Assembly (NCBI GenBank): GCA_043228905.1
Contig: JBHGNT010000016.1
Span: 17,608,001 to 17,672,000, forward strand
DNA: 64,000 nt
From: Azolla caroliniana
Taxonomy: Eukaryota; Plantae; Polypodiophyta
Reading direction: 5' to 3'
Part shown: positions 37,623-50,449 of the stretch, one piece after another
Position numbering within the stretch: the stretch's first letter is position 1
Layout: the number at the start of each line of letters is the position of its first letter
Notes under the pieces: model-generated
What the model was told of the DNA's origin: nothing
The model's input: only the letters and a program-made list of their open reading frames with translations
Database searches by the model: none
Position numbers and translations under genes: made by a program

Positions 37623-40600
37623 TGTTACTCCTAAGGGCCGGACAATAGCCTAACACAGGGTGTCTACGGAAGACACTTCACCAAAGGGTGTTACGGCGAG
37701 GTAACTTAGACTAACGATTGATCAGACCTTTATCGACTACTTAAGCAACATATCATGAATCTTAATACACGCGTAAGATAGAAAGTAATTAACACAAAAT
37801 GGTAATCAATACACAAAGATAAGACAATAGGGCTTTATTAATTATCCGTTCTGATTTACAATGTAACCGGGCCTTTTTATAGATCACCGGCTTTGCATAC
37901 AAAACGGTGCCAACCGGCACGCTAATATGAACCAGTCCGGATCCGGATCGGCATACCGATTCCGGTACGTCCATTCACTTCTCAAAATATACTTAATTAC
38001 ATAATATTTTAATAACAACTTCCGGTAATTCCTACCCTTTCACATTCTAGACTGTCCTCCACTCCTTGCCGGCTAGCTAACACATGGCACACCCGTGGGA
38101 CAGTACCTTGTACGTCGAATCCCACTATCTGGCCTTCAATCCTCGTCCAAAATGTCCAGAATGCTCTGATCGAGGGGCTCTAAGGGTTTTTCGGAAAGCT
38201 TATCGGGCTGCTCCTGCTATTGCTGCTCCTCCTACTACTACTCCGTTGGTTGTGGCCGTTGCTCCGGTTGATGCTCCGTTGGCTATTGATGTTGCCCCTG
38301 CTGTTGAGCGGTCTCCGGCTCTTCTGGGCATTGCTCCTCCGATAGCTACTGTCCGGCTCTCGGTGCCAGCGGTTGTTGCAGATATTCCTCCCTTGGCTGG
38401 TCCTCTTGAGTTAAATCCGGTTGGCTTGTCCCAGCCTTGCCTCTATCCGTCCTTTGCTCCGACGATGGCTCTTCATCACTAAGATTGATTGTTGCCGCGC
38501 TCTTCGTCGCCTCTTGTCGTAGCCTCTCCTTTTCGTAACTTTCAAACCGGATTTGGTTATCCAGCCGATCATCATCCAGTTGTGCCACTAGTTGCCGGAC
38601 CACTGCTATCTGTTCATCAGCCAACGCTACGAAGTCATCTACCAATTCATCTTTCATGACAGCAAAGTCTTCCTTTTCCAGCTTATAGAACTCATCTCCT
38701 TCCCTTTGCCGGTTTTTTGTGTCCACCCTCAACAACTATAGCTCGGCAGCATGCTTCGCCCATTTCAACCACCATAATAATGAGTTGTCTTCAATCAAGC
38801 GCTTCGTTCGATTCTTCCATGCTTGTACAATGCACCGGATCAACACCGACCAGTCCACCTGTATACCCTCATATGTGGCTATAATTAAACCGGCTATGTT
38901 CCTAGGCATTGTCGGGGGTCGAGGGTACACATGGCCAAACTCGTGGAGTACACGAGCAATCTCTCAGAATAAGCCATCCTCACCGCCCTGTGTGCGATAT
39001 GCCTTGCTGGCCAGAGAGTACTCACCGAAGTATTTCATGAGCTGCTCCGGGGTAGGGTTGTCGATGGTGAAGATGTCGCCTTCGAGTAGGCCCGTTATGG
39101 CATGGATTGCCTCCTTTATGATTACTTCTGTGTCGATGTCTTTGACAACCTTTTCTGCCTCTCTGTGTGGTGGTGCCTCCAAGATCCTCAAGAATCCTTC
39201 CAATCCGTGTTGCTTCAACCACTTCTTGGCTGCCTCAGAGAGTGCCACGCAGTCCATTTCTCCTTCTGAGTCGGTGGGTGTTGGTGAGGTAGATGCGTTA
39301 GTGGGCTCTGGGTGCTCGCGTCTGATTATCTTTAATCGCCTATGTGCGTTTGCAATTCTCTATTCGCGAAATGAGAAGGCCTCCATGCGGTGGAGGTTTT
39401 CTTCTTGCATGTTGGCGCCTTTCTCAATTCTTGTGCATGCGCACGTTGTGTACTATAATAGCAATGAAGTGCCACGTGGCGGCGTTTTAATGCGTTATAA
39501 ATAGCCCACTACGTGGCTTTTCAAAGTGCCCGTTCACTCCTCCCTTGTCATGCCATGTGGCCATTTGCTCCTTGCCATTGCATGATTTGGGTTTGATTTG
39601 ATCTGATTCGATTTTCTTTCTTCTTCTTTTTCTTTTTCTTTTTCTTCTTCTTCTTCTTCTTCTTCTTCTTTATTTTTTAAATTCAATCTTGTTAATCCTT
39701 ATCCGGCCCAAACAGACCCTTCTCCGGATTGTGGTCCCTTTCACCGATTTCGTGCTTGCTGATTGCTTGACCGGTTATCGTCTTGTCGTGCTTACTAGTG
39801 TCTGGTTTGGTGTCAGCCTTTGTCTGTTCAAACGGGTTTCTTGGCATGGGTCCATAGTATGGTTTGAGTCGAAACCCATTGACCCATTTATCCATAACTT
39901 CTCCGGCGAGTGTCCCTAGCTGGTAGCAACCGTTGAACTCTCGTGTAATCCAATATGGTTCGGTCCACTGAAACCGTAGCTTCCCCGACATCTTACCCAT
40001 CCGGGTCTGGAATACAAGTACCGGCTTGCCGATCTCGAACATTTTTTTGTTACCTTTCCGGTGTCGATCGACGAACGCTCTTCTCCGTTGCTCCAGTTCC
40101 ATGTGCATCAGGCTGGCTATCCGGTGTTCCTCTAGTTCGCATAGTGTTGCTAGCCGGATTGTTTCCGACTCCTTCTCGTTTAGGTGTTCCCAAACCTGTA
40201 ACTGCAAACTGGGAACCTGGAATTCGATCAGCATTACCACTTCCAATCCGAATGCTAATCGGAAAGGCGTTGTCTAGATACTTGTCTTATATGTTGTCCG
40301 GTAGGCCCAGAGTGCCTTGTGCAGCTTTGTATCCCAATCCGTCTGGTTCTCATTGACAATTTTCCGCAGGATGTTTTGTAGCGTCTTATTTGTGGATTTG
40401 GTTAATCCGTTGGCTTGCGGATAATACGGAGTGCTTCGCTTGTGCACCATCGCATAGAATGTCATCAAGCTCTCCACCACTTGTCCTAGGAAATGCCCAC
40501 CTTGGTCACTAATTAGCTCAATCGGACATCCATACCGGCACCAGATATATTCATATAAAAACTTTGTCGTGGATGCCATGGTGTTGTCACGTAGTGCTTT

Positions 40601-43600
40601 GGCCTCCACCCACTTAGTGCAGTAGTCCGTAGCGGCAATCACGTATTAGTTGCCAGTTCTCATTACTAGTGGTTTAAATGGGCCGACGAAGTCTAGCCCC
40701 CATTTCTGAAATGGTTCCAATGGCAGCACCAGCTGGTGAGGCATTCTTGCCTGTTCCGTTGGTTGGCCCATCCGCTGACATAAATCGCATTCTTCAACAT
40801 ACCGAACGGCGTCTTTTAATGTTTTCGGCCACCATAGGCCACTCTGCCATATTTTCCTTGCGGTAGCGTCCCCAGCATAATGCCCTCCAGCAATGCTGCA
40901 GTGTGCTTCACACAGTATTTGGTCTTTTTCGTCGTTGCACACCGCGCGCCGCCATATGCCATCCACACCTTTATGGTACAGTGTGTCCTGCAGTAGGCAG
41001 AAGTGTCGACTTTGTATTGCTAATCTTTTCCACTCGTCTCTGTTCATCTCCTTTGGAGGTAATCTGGTGCTTAGGAATTGGTGCATGTTAGAGAACCACT
41101 TGTCCTCCTCAGTGACCGTACCATCTGTTGTTGTTTTTGTTGTGACCCTAAACAACTCTGCATCCGGAAACTCGTCTAGGACTCCGTCACCGGTTTCACC
41201 AGAGTCTAACCGGCTCAAATAATCCGCAACCGCATGTTGTATGCCTAGCCGGTGAAATATCTCGAACTCAAATTCCTGTAATAATAATGTCCACCGGGCC
41301 AACTTACTCGTTAGTGATGCTTTTGAGACCAAGTAATGTCGAATGGTCTACATGAAAGGAAAATTTCCTCCCCAATAGATAGTGTCGGAACTTGGTGACA
41401 TGCGGTAACAATGGTGTTACTCCTGGTCGTCGAGGTGCATCCGGATCTGATTGTAGCCGCCGAATCCGTCCAGGAAACTATAAACTTCGTGACAGGCTAC
41501 TGCATCCAGGACTCCATCCGTAAAAGGGAGAAGGCGTCGGTTACCGTTGTCGCATTCAACTTCCGGTAGTCGACACATACCCTGATTTTTCTGTTCTTTT
41601 TCGGTACAACGACTATCGGACTCAGCCATGTCACCTTCTTGACCAGTCCGATGAACCCTACCCGTAACAATTTGTTGATTTTGTCCTTTACTTTTGCTGC
41701 ATAGTTAGGGTTCATCCGGTAGCGTCGTTGCGCCACCGACTTGGCATCCTTACTCAGATGTATCTGGTGTCGATACAACTGAGGATCTAGCCCCCGCATG
41801 TCCTCGTAAGACCACGCGAATACGTCCCGGAACTCCTTTAATAAGGTGATCATTGTCGTCTTCCTTTCTGGAGTCATTTCTTTGGCGATGTGAATTGGTC
41901 TTGCGTCTTTTGCAGTGCCTAGGTTTACCTCTTCCAGTTGGGAGGCTTTTACGCGTTGAGATACTGCCAATTCCTTCTCCAAAGCTTCTTGTGCTTGCCG
42001 TAACTCTCTGATGGCTTCTTTATCCGGTTTTTCATCGGCATCCTCCGGTTGCATTATATATGGTGCCACTGCTTTGGCGACATCAATTTCAAATAAAGGT
42101 ACAATTTTCGGATTCTCCTATAAGTACTGATTGACCTCATCATCAGTCAATCCCTCAAGCATGTTGACACATTCCGCATACAGCGGTGTCAGCTCCTTGC
42201 AGGTACTCGAACGTGGTTGTGTAGGTACTCGTACTTTCGCTTTGCCGCACCAGAAGGTAATTATGTTTTTCCGCCAGTTTTGCTTGATGTGCGTTGTTTT
42301 TAGCCATGGGCGGCCCAACAACAGTGGGTATGCCCCTTGTGCATTGAGTTGGAGGACTACTGCCGAAATGCAGAATGTGTGACCTCCGATAGTTACTTCC
42401 AAATCTCGTATCAATCCGGTAGGTCTTACTGAACTTGTGTCCACCATCCGGAGCCAAAACGGGCACGGCTCCCAGTCCTGGATCCCTAGGGTATTACAAG
42501 TTCGGAGGCTAATCACATTCACGCCAGATCCTCCATCTATAATCGTTCCGGGTAGCTCTCATCCCTTGACGATGGTTGTGATAGCCGGACTGCTCGTGTC
42601 TACTACCATCGATCCTTCCTCCGGATTAGAAAAGAACGCCGAAGCCGGTGACGTGTCGACCGCAGTCATTCCCGTCTTCAGTCCTTCCGTAAACCGGGGT
42701 ACTAACTGCAATAGCCAACCTAATGGCAGCGTGATTTGGCATTCTTGCAATGCCTGCCATGTTGGGTTTTCCGCCTGGTTATTGCCGGTGAGCTCCTCTG
42801 GATTCTCTTTTTGTTGTTCCAATTCTGCCACATTCCACTCATTTGCCTTCTTTACCCATTCAGTGGCCTGCTTCTGGATGGCTTCTTGGGTTTCCCACTA
42901 CGATGCTTTTCCTTTTGACCTCGTGGTCACTTGTTGTATGTCCGCGACTTCCGCTACCACCATGTTTACCGTTGGTCACTTATCGTAGCTTTTCGCCGGA
43001 CATTGGTTACTGTAGTGTCCCTCTTGTCGGCAATAGTAGTAGTAAGCCTTCCGGGTGTTGCTGGATTCTGCTTTCGCTTCGGCACCCGATTGAGGTCCTG
43101 TTGTAAGTGCTTGGCCTTGGTTTGGTTTTGACCTCGAGGTCCTGTTGTAAGTGCTTGGCCTTTTGACAAGCAATTCAATGTATGACCACGTGGTGATGCC
43201 GTTTTTTGTTGAAATGCTTTTTGTTTTGATAACCCTGTCGGGGCCGGTCGTCATACTTGCCATAATCCTCCCTTCATGGGTTGTAACCAGGGGAGTGATC
43301 CCAGTTGTATTGCTCATTCCGTTCCCCATTATAGTCCCGATATCTATCATATCTATCATACCGGTCGCGGTCATAAGCATCTCTTCGATCACACTATCGA
43401 ACATCTTGTGTCATCCGGTAACGCTCCTCTCGCCGCCAGCGCTCTTCTTCCTCCTCCTGGTTGCTCCATGGTTCGATTTGCCGGACCGGTGGTGCTTGCC
43501 GATTCAACAAGTTATACTCACACCAATCCATTGTGTGGTTTCTGGAATGGCAAAGCAGGCATGGAGAACGCATGGTGCACTCCAGCGCAGAGTGTCCGGC

Positions 43601-45230
43601 ATTCAGGCAAGTCGTTCATTGAATTGCTTGTCAAAATCGGAGGTCTTCATCGGTTGGTAGCACTCATTGGAGTGCCCCCATCATCAACCACGAGCTAGAT
43701 TTTTCCATTTCCTTGACTCGGTCTATGACCTAGTTGACGGAACTCGTACGGAAATCAATGACTGTGCACACCGTTCGTAGGGGTTCCCGGAGTGCTACTA
43801 GGAATATCACCTTAGTGTCTTCCTTCGGTGGTGCCCAACTGAGCTGGCTGTGCATTCTCTAGAATCGGATTACAAATTGTTGAATGTTCTCCGTGGGCTC
43901 CTACCGGATGGTATAAAATAGGCCGACCATTTCCCGTTGATCCACCTCTTTGTGAAAAAAGTGTAAGAATTTAGTTTTCAATGCCTCAAATGTCGTGATG
44001 GTGCTGGGATCTTGCGTCAGGCGCCATCTGGTGGCGGGCCCTTCCAAGGTCATGCCGAACTCCGCCATCTTTGAGCGTTTTGCTTCGGCCGCGGTTAAGC
44101 ATTGTGACACATGATTCGCTTCCCATGTCTGTTGAAATGCATAGACGTGGGCCTCTATGTCCGAATCATCCCGGTACTTGGGATATTGAAACGGCATGTC
44201 GTCGTCCGGTGTTGGAATGCAGGTTGGTGGTGTCGGAGGTATTTCCTCCTCCGTCGAAGGTTTCTCCTCCTCCTATGTGGGAGGTCTTTCCTCCTCTGCT
44301 TCGGGTGTCAGGGGTTGCTCAGACCTTGGCCGGTATGTGGCTTCCAGCTCTGTCAATTCTGGTTCCAGTGTCGGTAAGGTAGGGTGTCGTGACTTCTGCG
44401 GTAATTGGAATGAGCGTTATATTTGTCGTCCGAGTCCAATTCAAAGGCCGAAAACGGTTCTGAATCGCCTTCTCTTGCAACTAATGCCTGCAAAAGGGAT
44501 TCCGCTTCCCGAAGACTACTTAAGTTGCTTCCTTCGACGTGGTGGAAATCTTATTGCAAACGGAGTGACTCCTCGGCCACTTGCTGGATCACTTTGGAAA
44601 ATGATTGATCCGCACGAATCTCTTCCACCACCTGTTGGAAGGCCTCTCATTTCCGCAGCCGCTCAGCAAGTGTCCTTGCTCGCTCCGTAACCGGTCCATT
44701 CGTTGGTCTAGTCATCCATTCCCGTCGTTGTTCGTTACACTTATGCAGGAATCGTGGTCGCCAAAAACTGTGTTACTCCTAAGGGCCAAACAATAGCCTA
44801 ACACAGGGTGTCTACGGAAGACACTTCACCAAAGGGTGTTACGGCGAGGTAACTTAGACTAATGATTGATCAAACCTTTATCGGCTACTTAAACAACATA
44901 TCATGAATCTTAATACACGCGTAAGATAGAAAGTAATTAGCACAGAACGGTAATCAATACACATAGATAAGACAATAGGGCTTTATTAATTATCCGTCCT
45001 GATTTACAATGTAATCGGGCCTTTTTATAGATCACCGGCTCTGCATACAAAACGGTGCCAACCGGCACACTGATATGAACCGGTCCAGATCCGGATCAAC
45101 ATACGGATTTTGGTCCGTCCGTTCACTTCTCAAAATATACTTAATTACATAATATTCTAATAACAGCTTCCGGTAATTCCTGCCCTTTCACATTCTGGAT
45201 TGTCCTCCACTCCTTGCCGGCTGGCTAACA
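37623..45230 (-). mobile_element. Older relative 'G2' of gypsy G1, with internal deletions
   Basis: TSD CTCTT at 37618-37622 and 45231-45235. 460-bp LTRs 37623-38082 and 44771-45230 (~30 mismatches by eye). PBS 44748-44763. Gag-pol 44715 to 39692 with the RT core deleted near 41400. ORF3 39257 to ~38135 lacks the coiled-coil middle. Confidence 0.94.
38085..38101 (-). other. tRNA 3'-end-like motif (inverted second PBS) at the PPT position of G2
   Basis: The plus strand reads LTR end ...CTAACA-CA-TGGCACACCCGTGGGAC; 16/17 identical to the G1 motif with the same 2-nt spacer. Confidence 0.75.
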
Positions 45231-45620
45231 CTCTTCAACCATAACATTGGTTGAAGGTCAAAGAACGAAGGAGGATTTACTCTCGCCAAGATTGCCATCC
45301 TTATCGGATCAAACTATTGTGCGAGGTTGCCCAAGCACACTTGCACCATCCTGTCCTCTTCAATGTCTATGTTGATGGAGCTAAGTGAGTTGTAGATACT
45401 CTTGATCTTGACGGTGTAGTCTGAGACGGACATCTCCTTTTGCCGAATGTTGTTCAACTCTTGCCGAAGTTGAAGCTTGTGGGCGGTCGTGTTGGCAGCA
45501 AAGATTTTCTTCAAGTTCTCTAACGCTTATTTAGGTGTCTTGGTGTCTCGAATGTTGCTAAACATGTGATCATGGACACATGTTGCCAAGCAATACATTA
45601 CCCGACTTACTCCTTGCTCC

Positions 45621-45666
45621 CACCGGATTAGCAATCCGACGCGTTAGACCTCTCGGCCATCTCTCC
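45621..45666 (-). pseudogene. trnS-GCU: 5' half of a plastid-type tRNA-Ser(GCU) within a ~230-bp organellar-like insert (~45623-45852)
   Basis: Minus strand GGAGAGATGGCCGAGAGGTCTAACGCGTCGGATTGCTAATCCGGTG: acceptor 5' strand, D arm and anticodon arm CGGA-TTGCTAA-TCCG, truncated at the variable arm. It interrupts copia E gag. Confidence 0.75.
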
Positions 45667-46600
45667 AAGAAAAAGGATGTATAATCACTCCTTTTGTGAA
45701 GGAAAGTAGATGTAATTTGCAAATAATTTATTCAGGATTTTGGATGCAGACGAATTATGAGGTCATGAGATCTCCTTCATTTGAAATGCCTTTTTTGCAT
45801 TCGTGAATATGATACAGAAGTTTTCTGCATTCTTTTATCCAAAACACACACACGAGTGCGCCGTTGATGTAGCTCTAATACCCTTGGCCGACTACGTATT
45901 GGTTCATCTTGTACTCCCAAGATGAAAAATTGCTCCAGTCTAGCTTTTCACTAAGGAACAAGCTACCCATTTGTGTGTTCATGTTGATGTAGTGTCTTCC
46001 TTTTTGGCTTTTCTTCCTTCGGTCACGTACATGTGCTACATAGCGGCACTACAGTAGCGAATAACCGGAGTTGTCGTCGGCGTCTCAAACACAAAATCAC
46101 AATGAATCGGGTGGGCTTAATTTATATATTTCTTTCCACTCCCTTTTTCTAATCATTGCGCACATATGCAACTATATGCAACACAAACCTCATGTTGTCA
46201 TTTGCTATGCTTCGAAAATTTTAACTACCAACCGTAATTTGCATGCAAATATCAAATGATACTAGATGTCATCCACGAAAGGAAATGAGAAGAGATCCAC
46301 AAAATATTCGTGAGAACTTTGCATGGATTCACAACACATATTTCTATCGGTTTTTTCTTTATATTGTCGTTATAAAGCCCTAATCGAGACTTGTTTACTA
46401 GTTTATTGATGAGTATATGGGTCTTAAAAGATTGCATGAAACACATGCTTTTACTAGATGTGATCCTGTGTCATTATTGGTCCATCAAGCACGCACTCCA
46501 CACGATAGTCAAGTGATGACTTTGGAAGATTTCCGAATATGTTAATGTTGGGTTCTACCAATGATAATCAACCCTCGATTAATGGATGTGAGGGCACATA

Positions 46601-47453
46601 TAGGATTCGGTAACGACTCAACTCAAGCCTAAACCGAACCGCTAAATCGTTATTACGATTCAATTCAATTTAGGCTTGAGCTTCCTTAACCAGTTTGAGA
46701 TTGGTTTGGGATTACTCAAACCGATAGCGATGGGCACAATTCAGGTTCGGTTCGGTTCAGTTTCAAGGCAAAGAAACCGAACCGAACCATTTATTTAAAA
46801 CAAAAACCAAACCAAACCGTTTATGAACTCTCAATATTTAAACCAAACCATTTAAGAAAAAGTTGAAACCGAACCATTTAACAAAAAAATTAAACCTAAC
46901 CACTTAAGTCAAACTAATTAAACATCTAAATAAACAAAAATACATTAAATTAAATCAGCATTCAAGTTAAATTTATTAAAACCAATAAAAGAAACTTTAA
47001 TTGAACGATTAAATTAAATAAACATTTAAGTTAAATTAATTAAATCAATAAAAAACCATTAATTAAGCCATTAAATCAATAAACTATTAAGGTGAAAAAA
47101 AAGTTAACCAAAAACCTATAAACCTTTAAACTCAACCTATAAACCCGAGTTTTAGAACCGAAACCGAACCGTTTATTCAAAATCCAAACCAAACCATTAA
47201 ACTTTTTTTGGAACCAATAAGCCGTTAAACCATGGCTTAACGGTTTGGTTCGGTTTGAGCTGAAACCGTGCCCATTGCTACAAACCGGTTAAGCCTAAAC
47301 CGATTACCAAGCCGATTAAGGCTTAATCGACTTGACTAAACCAGTTTACGAATCAGTTCGGTTCAGGTTTGGGAACCCCCAAACCGGTTTAGGCTTAACC
47401 GGTTTGGTCAAACCAACCCGGTTAAGCCGAAATCGTATCATTGTCGATTCCTA
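46601..47453. mobile_element. Outer hAT-type MITE
   Basis: Imperfect TIRs TAGGATTCGGTAACG / CATTGTCGATTCCTA. 8-bp TSD GGCACATA / TGCACATA (7/8). Subterminal AAACCG/TAAGCC repeats. Confidence 0.7.
46725..47280. mobile_element. Inner hAT-type MITE nested in the outer MITE
   Basis: TIRs TAGCGATGGGCACAATTCAG / CTGAAACCGTGCCCATTGCTA. 8-bp TSD CAAACCGA / CAAACCGG. AT-rich core with AAACCGAACC repeats. Confidence 0.8.
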
Positions 47454-47699
47454 TGCACATATGCCAAACTATCCCCAAATAAATATATACTATCACGACA
47501 CTCTTCTGATCTTACCACCAACCAAATCCCGCCAATAGGTTTCAAGCACGACAGGACGCGGCACATTATTCGCGGCCAAGGCGAATGAATGCGGTCATAT
47601 ATGACGGCGAACTCAACTCCGAGACGAGCAGAGAGTCCTGGGTAAAGTTCATTCACACCGGGCCTGCCTCCTTCCACAGCTTGGGTTAAGGTCCATTCA

Positions 47700-47951
47700 C
47701 ACCGAGCCATTCTCTTTCCACAGAAGTCTGTGTGTGTGTGTGTCTCTCTCTCTGTCTCTCTCTCTCTCTTTGTCTGTCTCTTCCTTTCTTGCAGAGATCG
47801 ATCCGTTTCGCCCCGTTTCTGATTACCTGCACGCCCACGCTTGGCCGCAGAGAACCGGGAATCCGTTCGATCCAGATAGATAGCAGTTTTACCTTACCCT
47901 CCCTCCTCCCCCGCCATAAAGCTCAACTGACGCCTTCGTCTCCTCATCCAG
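47700..47951 (+). promoter_or_regulatory. Putative TSS region / non-coding first exon of the RING gene
   Basis: GC-richer unique DNA with (GT)n/(CT)n Y-patch and donor CAG|GTTTGT at 47951/47952. Candidate acceptor TTTGTTTGCTGACAG ends at 53283, just upstream of the ATG. Confidence 0.45.
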
Positions 47952-50449
47952 GTTTGTCTTCTTCCTCCCTTCCTCCTCTTCATCTGGATGAGGAAGCATG
48001 GATTTTTGACTTTCTTTGCAGCATGGATTTGTCTCTGCGAAAGGAATCTGGGAACCTTAAGTAGAGGTTTTTCCTTGACCTACCATGCGGAGTATCTAGC
48101 GGAATTTGTTTTACGTTATGTGTTTTCTCTTTGATGTGAGAAAATTGTGGAAATGACTCATTTGGCCGTGGTAGAGCTCCAGCTCTTAATTTTCGAGGAT
48201 TCACCTCGGTGCATTGTGCTTCCATTACAGGATCTACCATGTCCTACACATACAGAAAGAAACTCCCAAAAAGTGCACGCACATGTCAAGAATGGAAACA
48301 ATGAAATCCCTACAAGACCAAAAACAAGGTAATTGTCCCCTAGGTTTCCAGTGGGATTTACTTCCTAGATATGAATACCTGCCATCTGAAATAAGAAGAG
48401 CAAGGATTTCCTAGATGTGCTGGGCCCTTACAAAAACAGTATTGTAAAAAGTCAAAGATGACCAATGACAACAGTAGAATATTTGAATAAAAGAAAAACT
48501 TAATAGAAAGAATGGAAAAGGAAGTATGCTAGTACAACAAATTTATAAATGTTCTATACAAAGCTGAGAGATTTTATGACGACGTAACTATAAATTCAAT
48601 GTTAACATTACCTCTGGAAGTACGCATAGGTGAGTAAAGGGGTTCCTTCTACAAAGTGGGGGTCTATTTGTTTGTAATCATTGTGTTTATCACAATCCAT
48701 TAATCCAAGCCAAACATGAGAGATGGAGCCATATGTTTTGATCATGAAATTCTGAGGGGATCACTGTGGTCATATGGCAGGTGATGAAGGATCATACTGT
48801 GTGATAGATGCTTTTCTGATTCCATCGTTGTTTTCCACCAGAATGGCCATTGATGGAAGCTATACATGTGGAATCCAGATGGCCTAGGAAGAACACCTTA
48901 GAGGGGAGGATTCACACGTAGACATAAGAATGTCACCTGATGGGAAAAATATCAAATATTCAATTCAACCTACCAGACATTCCAAAGTAACAAGGGTCTT
49001 GCTCAATCAAGAGATATAAGGCACAGTCACATAATGGCCACAAATAGCAAGCAAATAGTCATCTACTAATAGCAGCTCTAACAAGGAGCAACATGAAAAG
49101 AGTTTCTCCGCCTCCCTTGAAGTGGAAAATATTAAGGAGTACAGGATCAAGATAAACTCTTCTAATATCAAAGTAGTGAGCGCGTGAAGAGGGGTTGTCC
49201 CAAAATATTGAAAATGATCAGATCTTGGGAAAGCTCGAAGACACTGAATGTTCTTTTTCCTCCTCATTCCTTGTTCCATCAATAATTGATATGGTCACAG
49301 ATACATAAATCTCTGCTTCTTCAGTAAAATTTAGAAGGAACCTCTGCTTTTAAAGAAGTTATTGAGCATGTCATTGAGCCCCCCTAATCTTATCTACTTT
49401 CATTATTTAAGAACAAATCTACCTCTATGGCCTCTTCACCTGCAACATTGGATCACTTTTCCTTGCTCCTTATTACTCTTAAGAATTTTCATTTCAATGA
49501 AAGTGGAATTACTCTCCTTGTATCGCTCTTCTTGTTACAGTGGATATATGCTTGCAAGTTACCAGAAATTGCAGATTTTTTTACCTTAAAACTCTTCTCT
49601 GAGCTCAGTACTCGCTAAACTCTTACCCAGAATTGCAAAGTTGGAGTGGTCTTGTTTAGGGTACATTATCAAGGTGCTAGGAATTAGAACATGAAATCCA
49701 GCCTCTGCCTCAGCCCTAACCATGGTATGTTAGGGCAGATTCAGTGAACAAAGTTTCTTCTGTTCTTGTTTAATTATTTTCTTAAACATAGCTCCGCTAT
49801 TAGTCAGCTTTAATGTTGTGTTTTGGAGGCTTTGGGCCAATTGTTTATGCTGGCTTCTGTTTAAGTCTCTCCAATGTAGCCTTCATTGAACTCTTTGACC
49901 TGGTTGCTTATGTGTGTTTCCACTTGAAGCAGTTCCGAACTATCTTCACCTCGGAATCATGAGTAAAGGCATTAATTCTAATGATTCTCTCTTTCAGACT
50001 TGGAATTATATATCTCTAGGTATATTGTTCGCCATTCTTTATGCTTAAAGGAGAGCTTTCTTCTTGGAGAAGAAGGAAATACACCATCACGAAATGGTCA
50101 ATGGTGACCACAAGTAGCACACAAATTTACTGCAGCTAGAAGAAGATAAATAAATAAAGCAAATTACCCCCAACCATACACGATAATCAAGGATTACTAT
50201 TTTACGAGCAAAAGCATTGGGAAAAAAAACCCAGCTAGTCCATCCATTCTATAAGTAAGGTGCTCAACACCTGATTATTTTTAGTGATAGTGTCCACCGC
50301 TTAATTCTTTTCTAATATCCAGATGCCCAACTAGATACATGCATGGGCACTCTTTCTCATTTAACATCAACCAGGATCTAGCACTTGGAGCTAATATTAG
50401 TGCTACCCTCAAACAATTTGGGACTGTTAAAAGAAATTCTCAGCCATAG

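Larger units (their letters stand above)
19496..46120 (-). mobile_element. Copia 'E' lacking RT/RNase H (3' LTR 19496-19967; internal pieces 19968-20456, 26010-26103, 35890-37622, 45236-46120); 5' LTR and PBS lost
   Basis: LTR homologous to 6181-6629, with PPT at 19968. Integrase, GAG-pre-integrase and protease at 35890-37617; gag at 45236-45982. The pieces rejoin across three TSD-flanked insertions. Confidence 0.85.
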
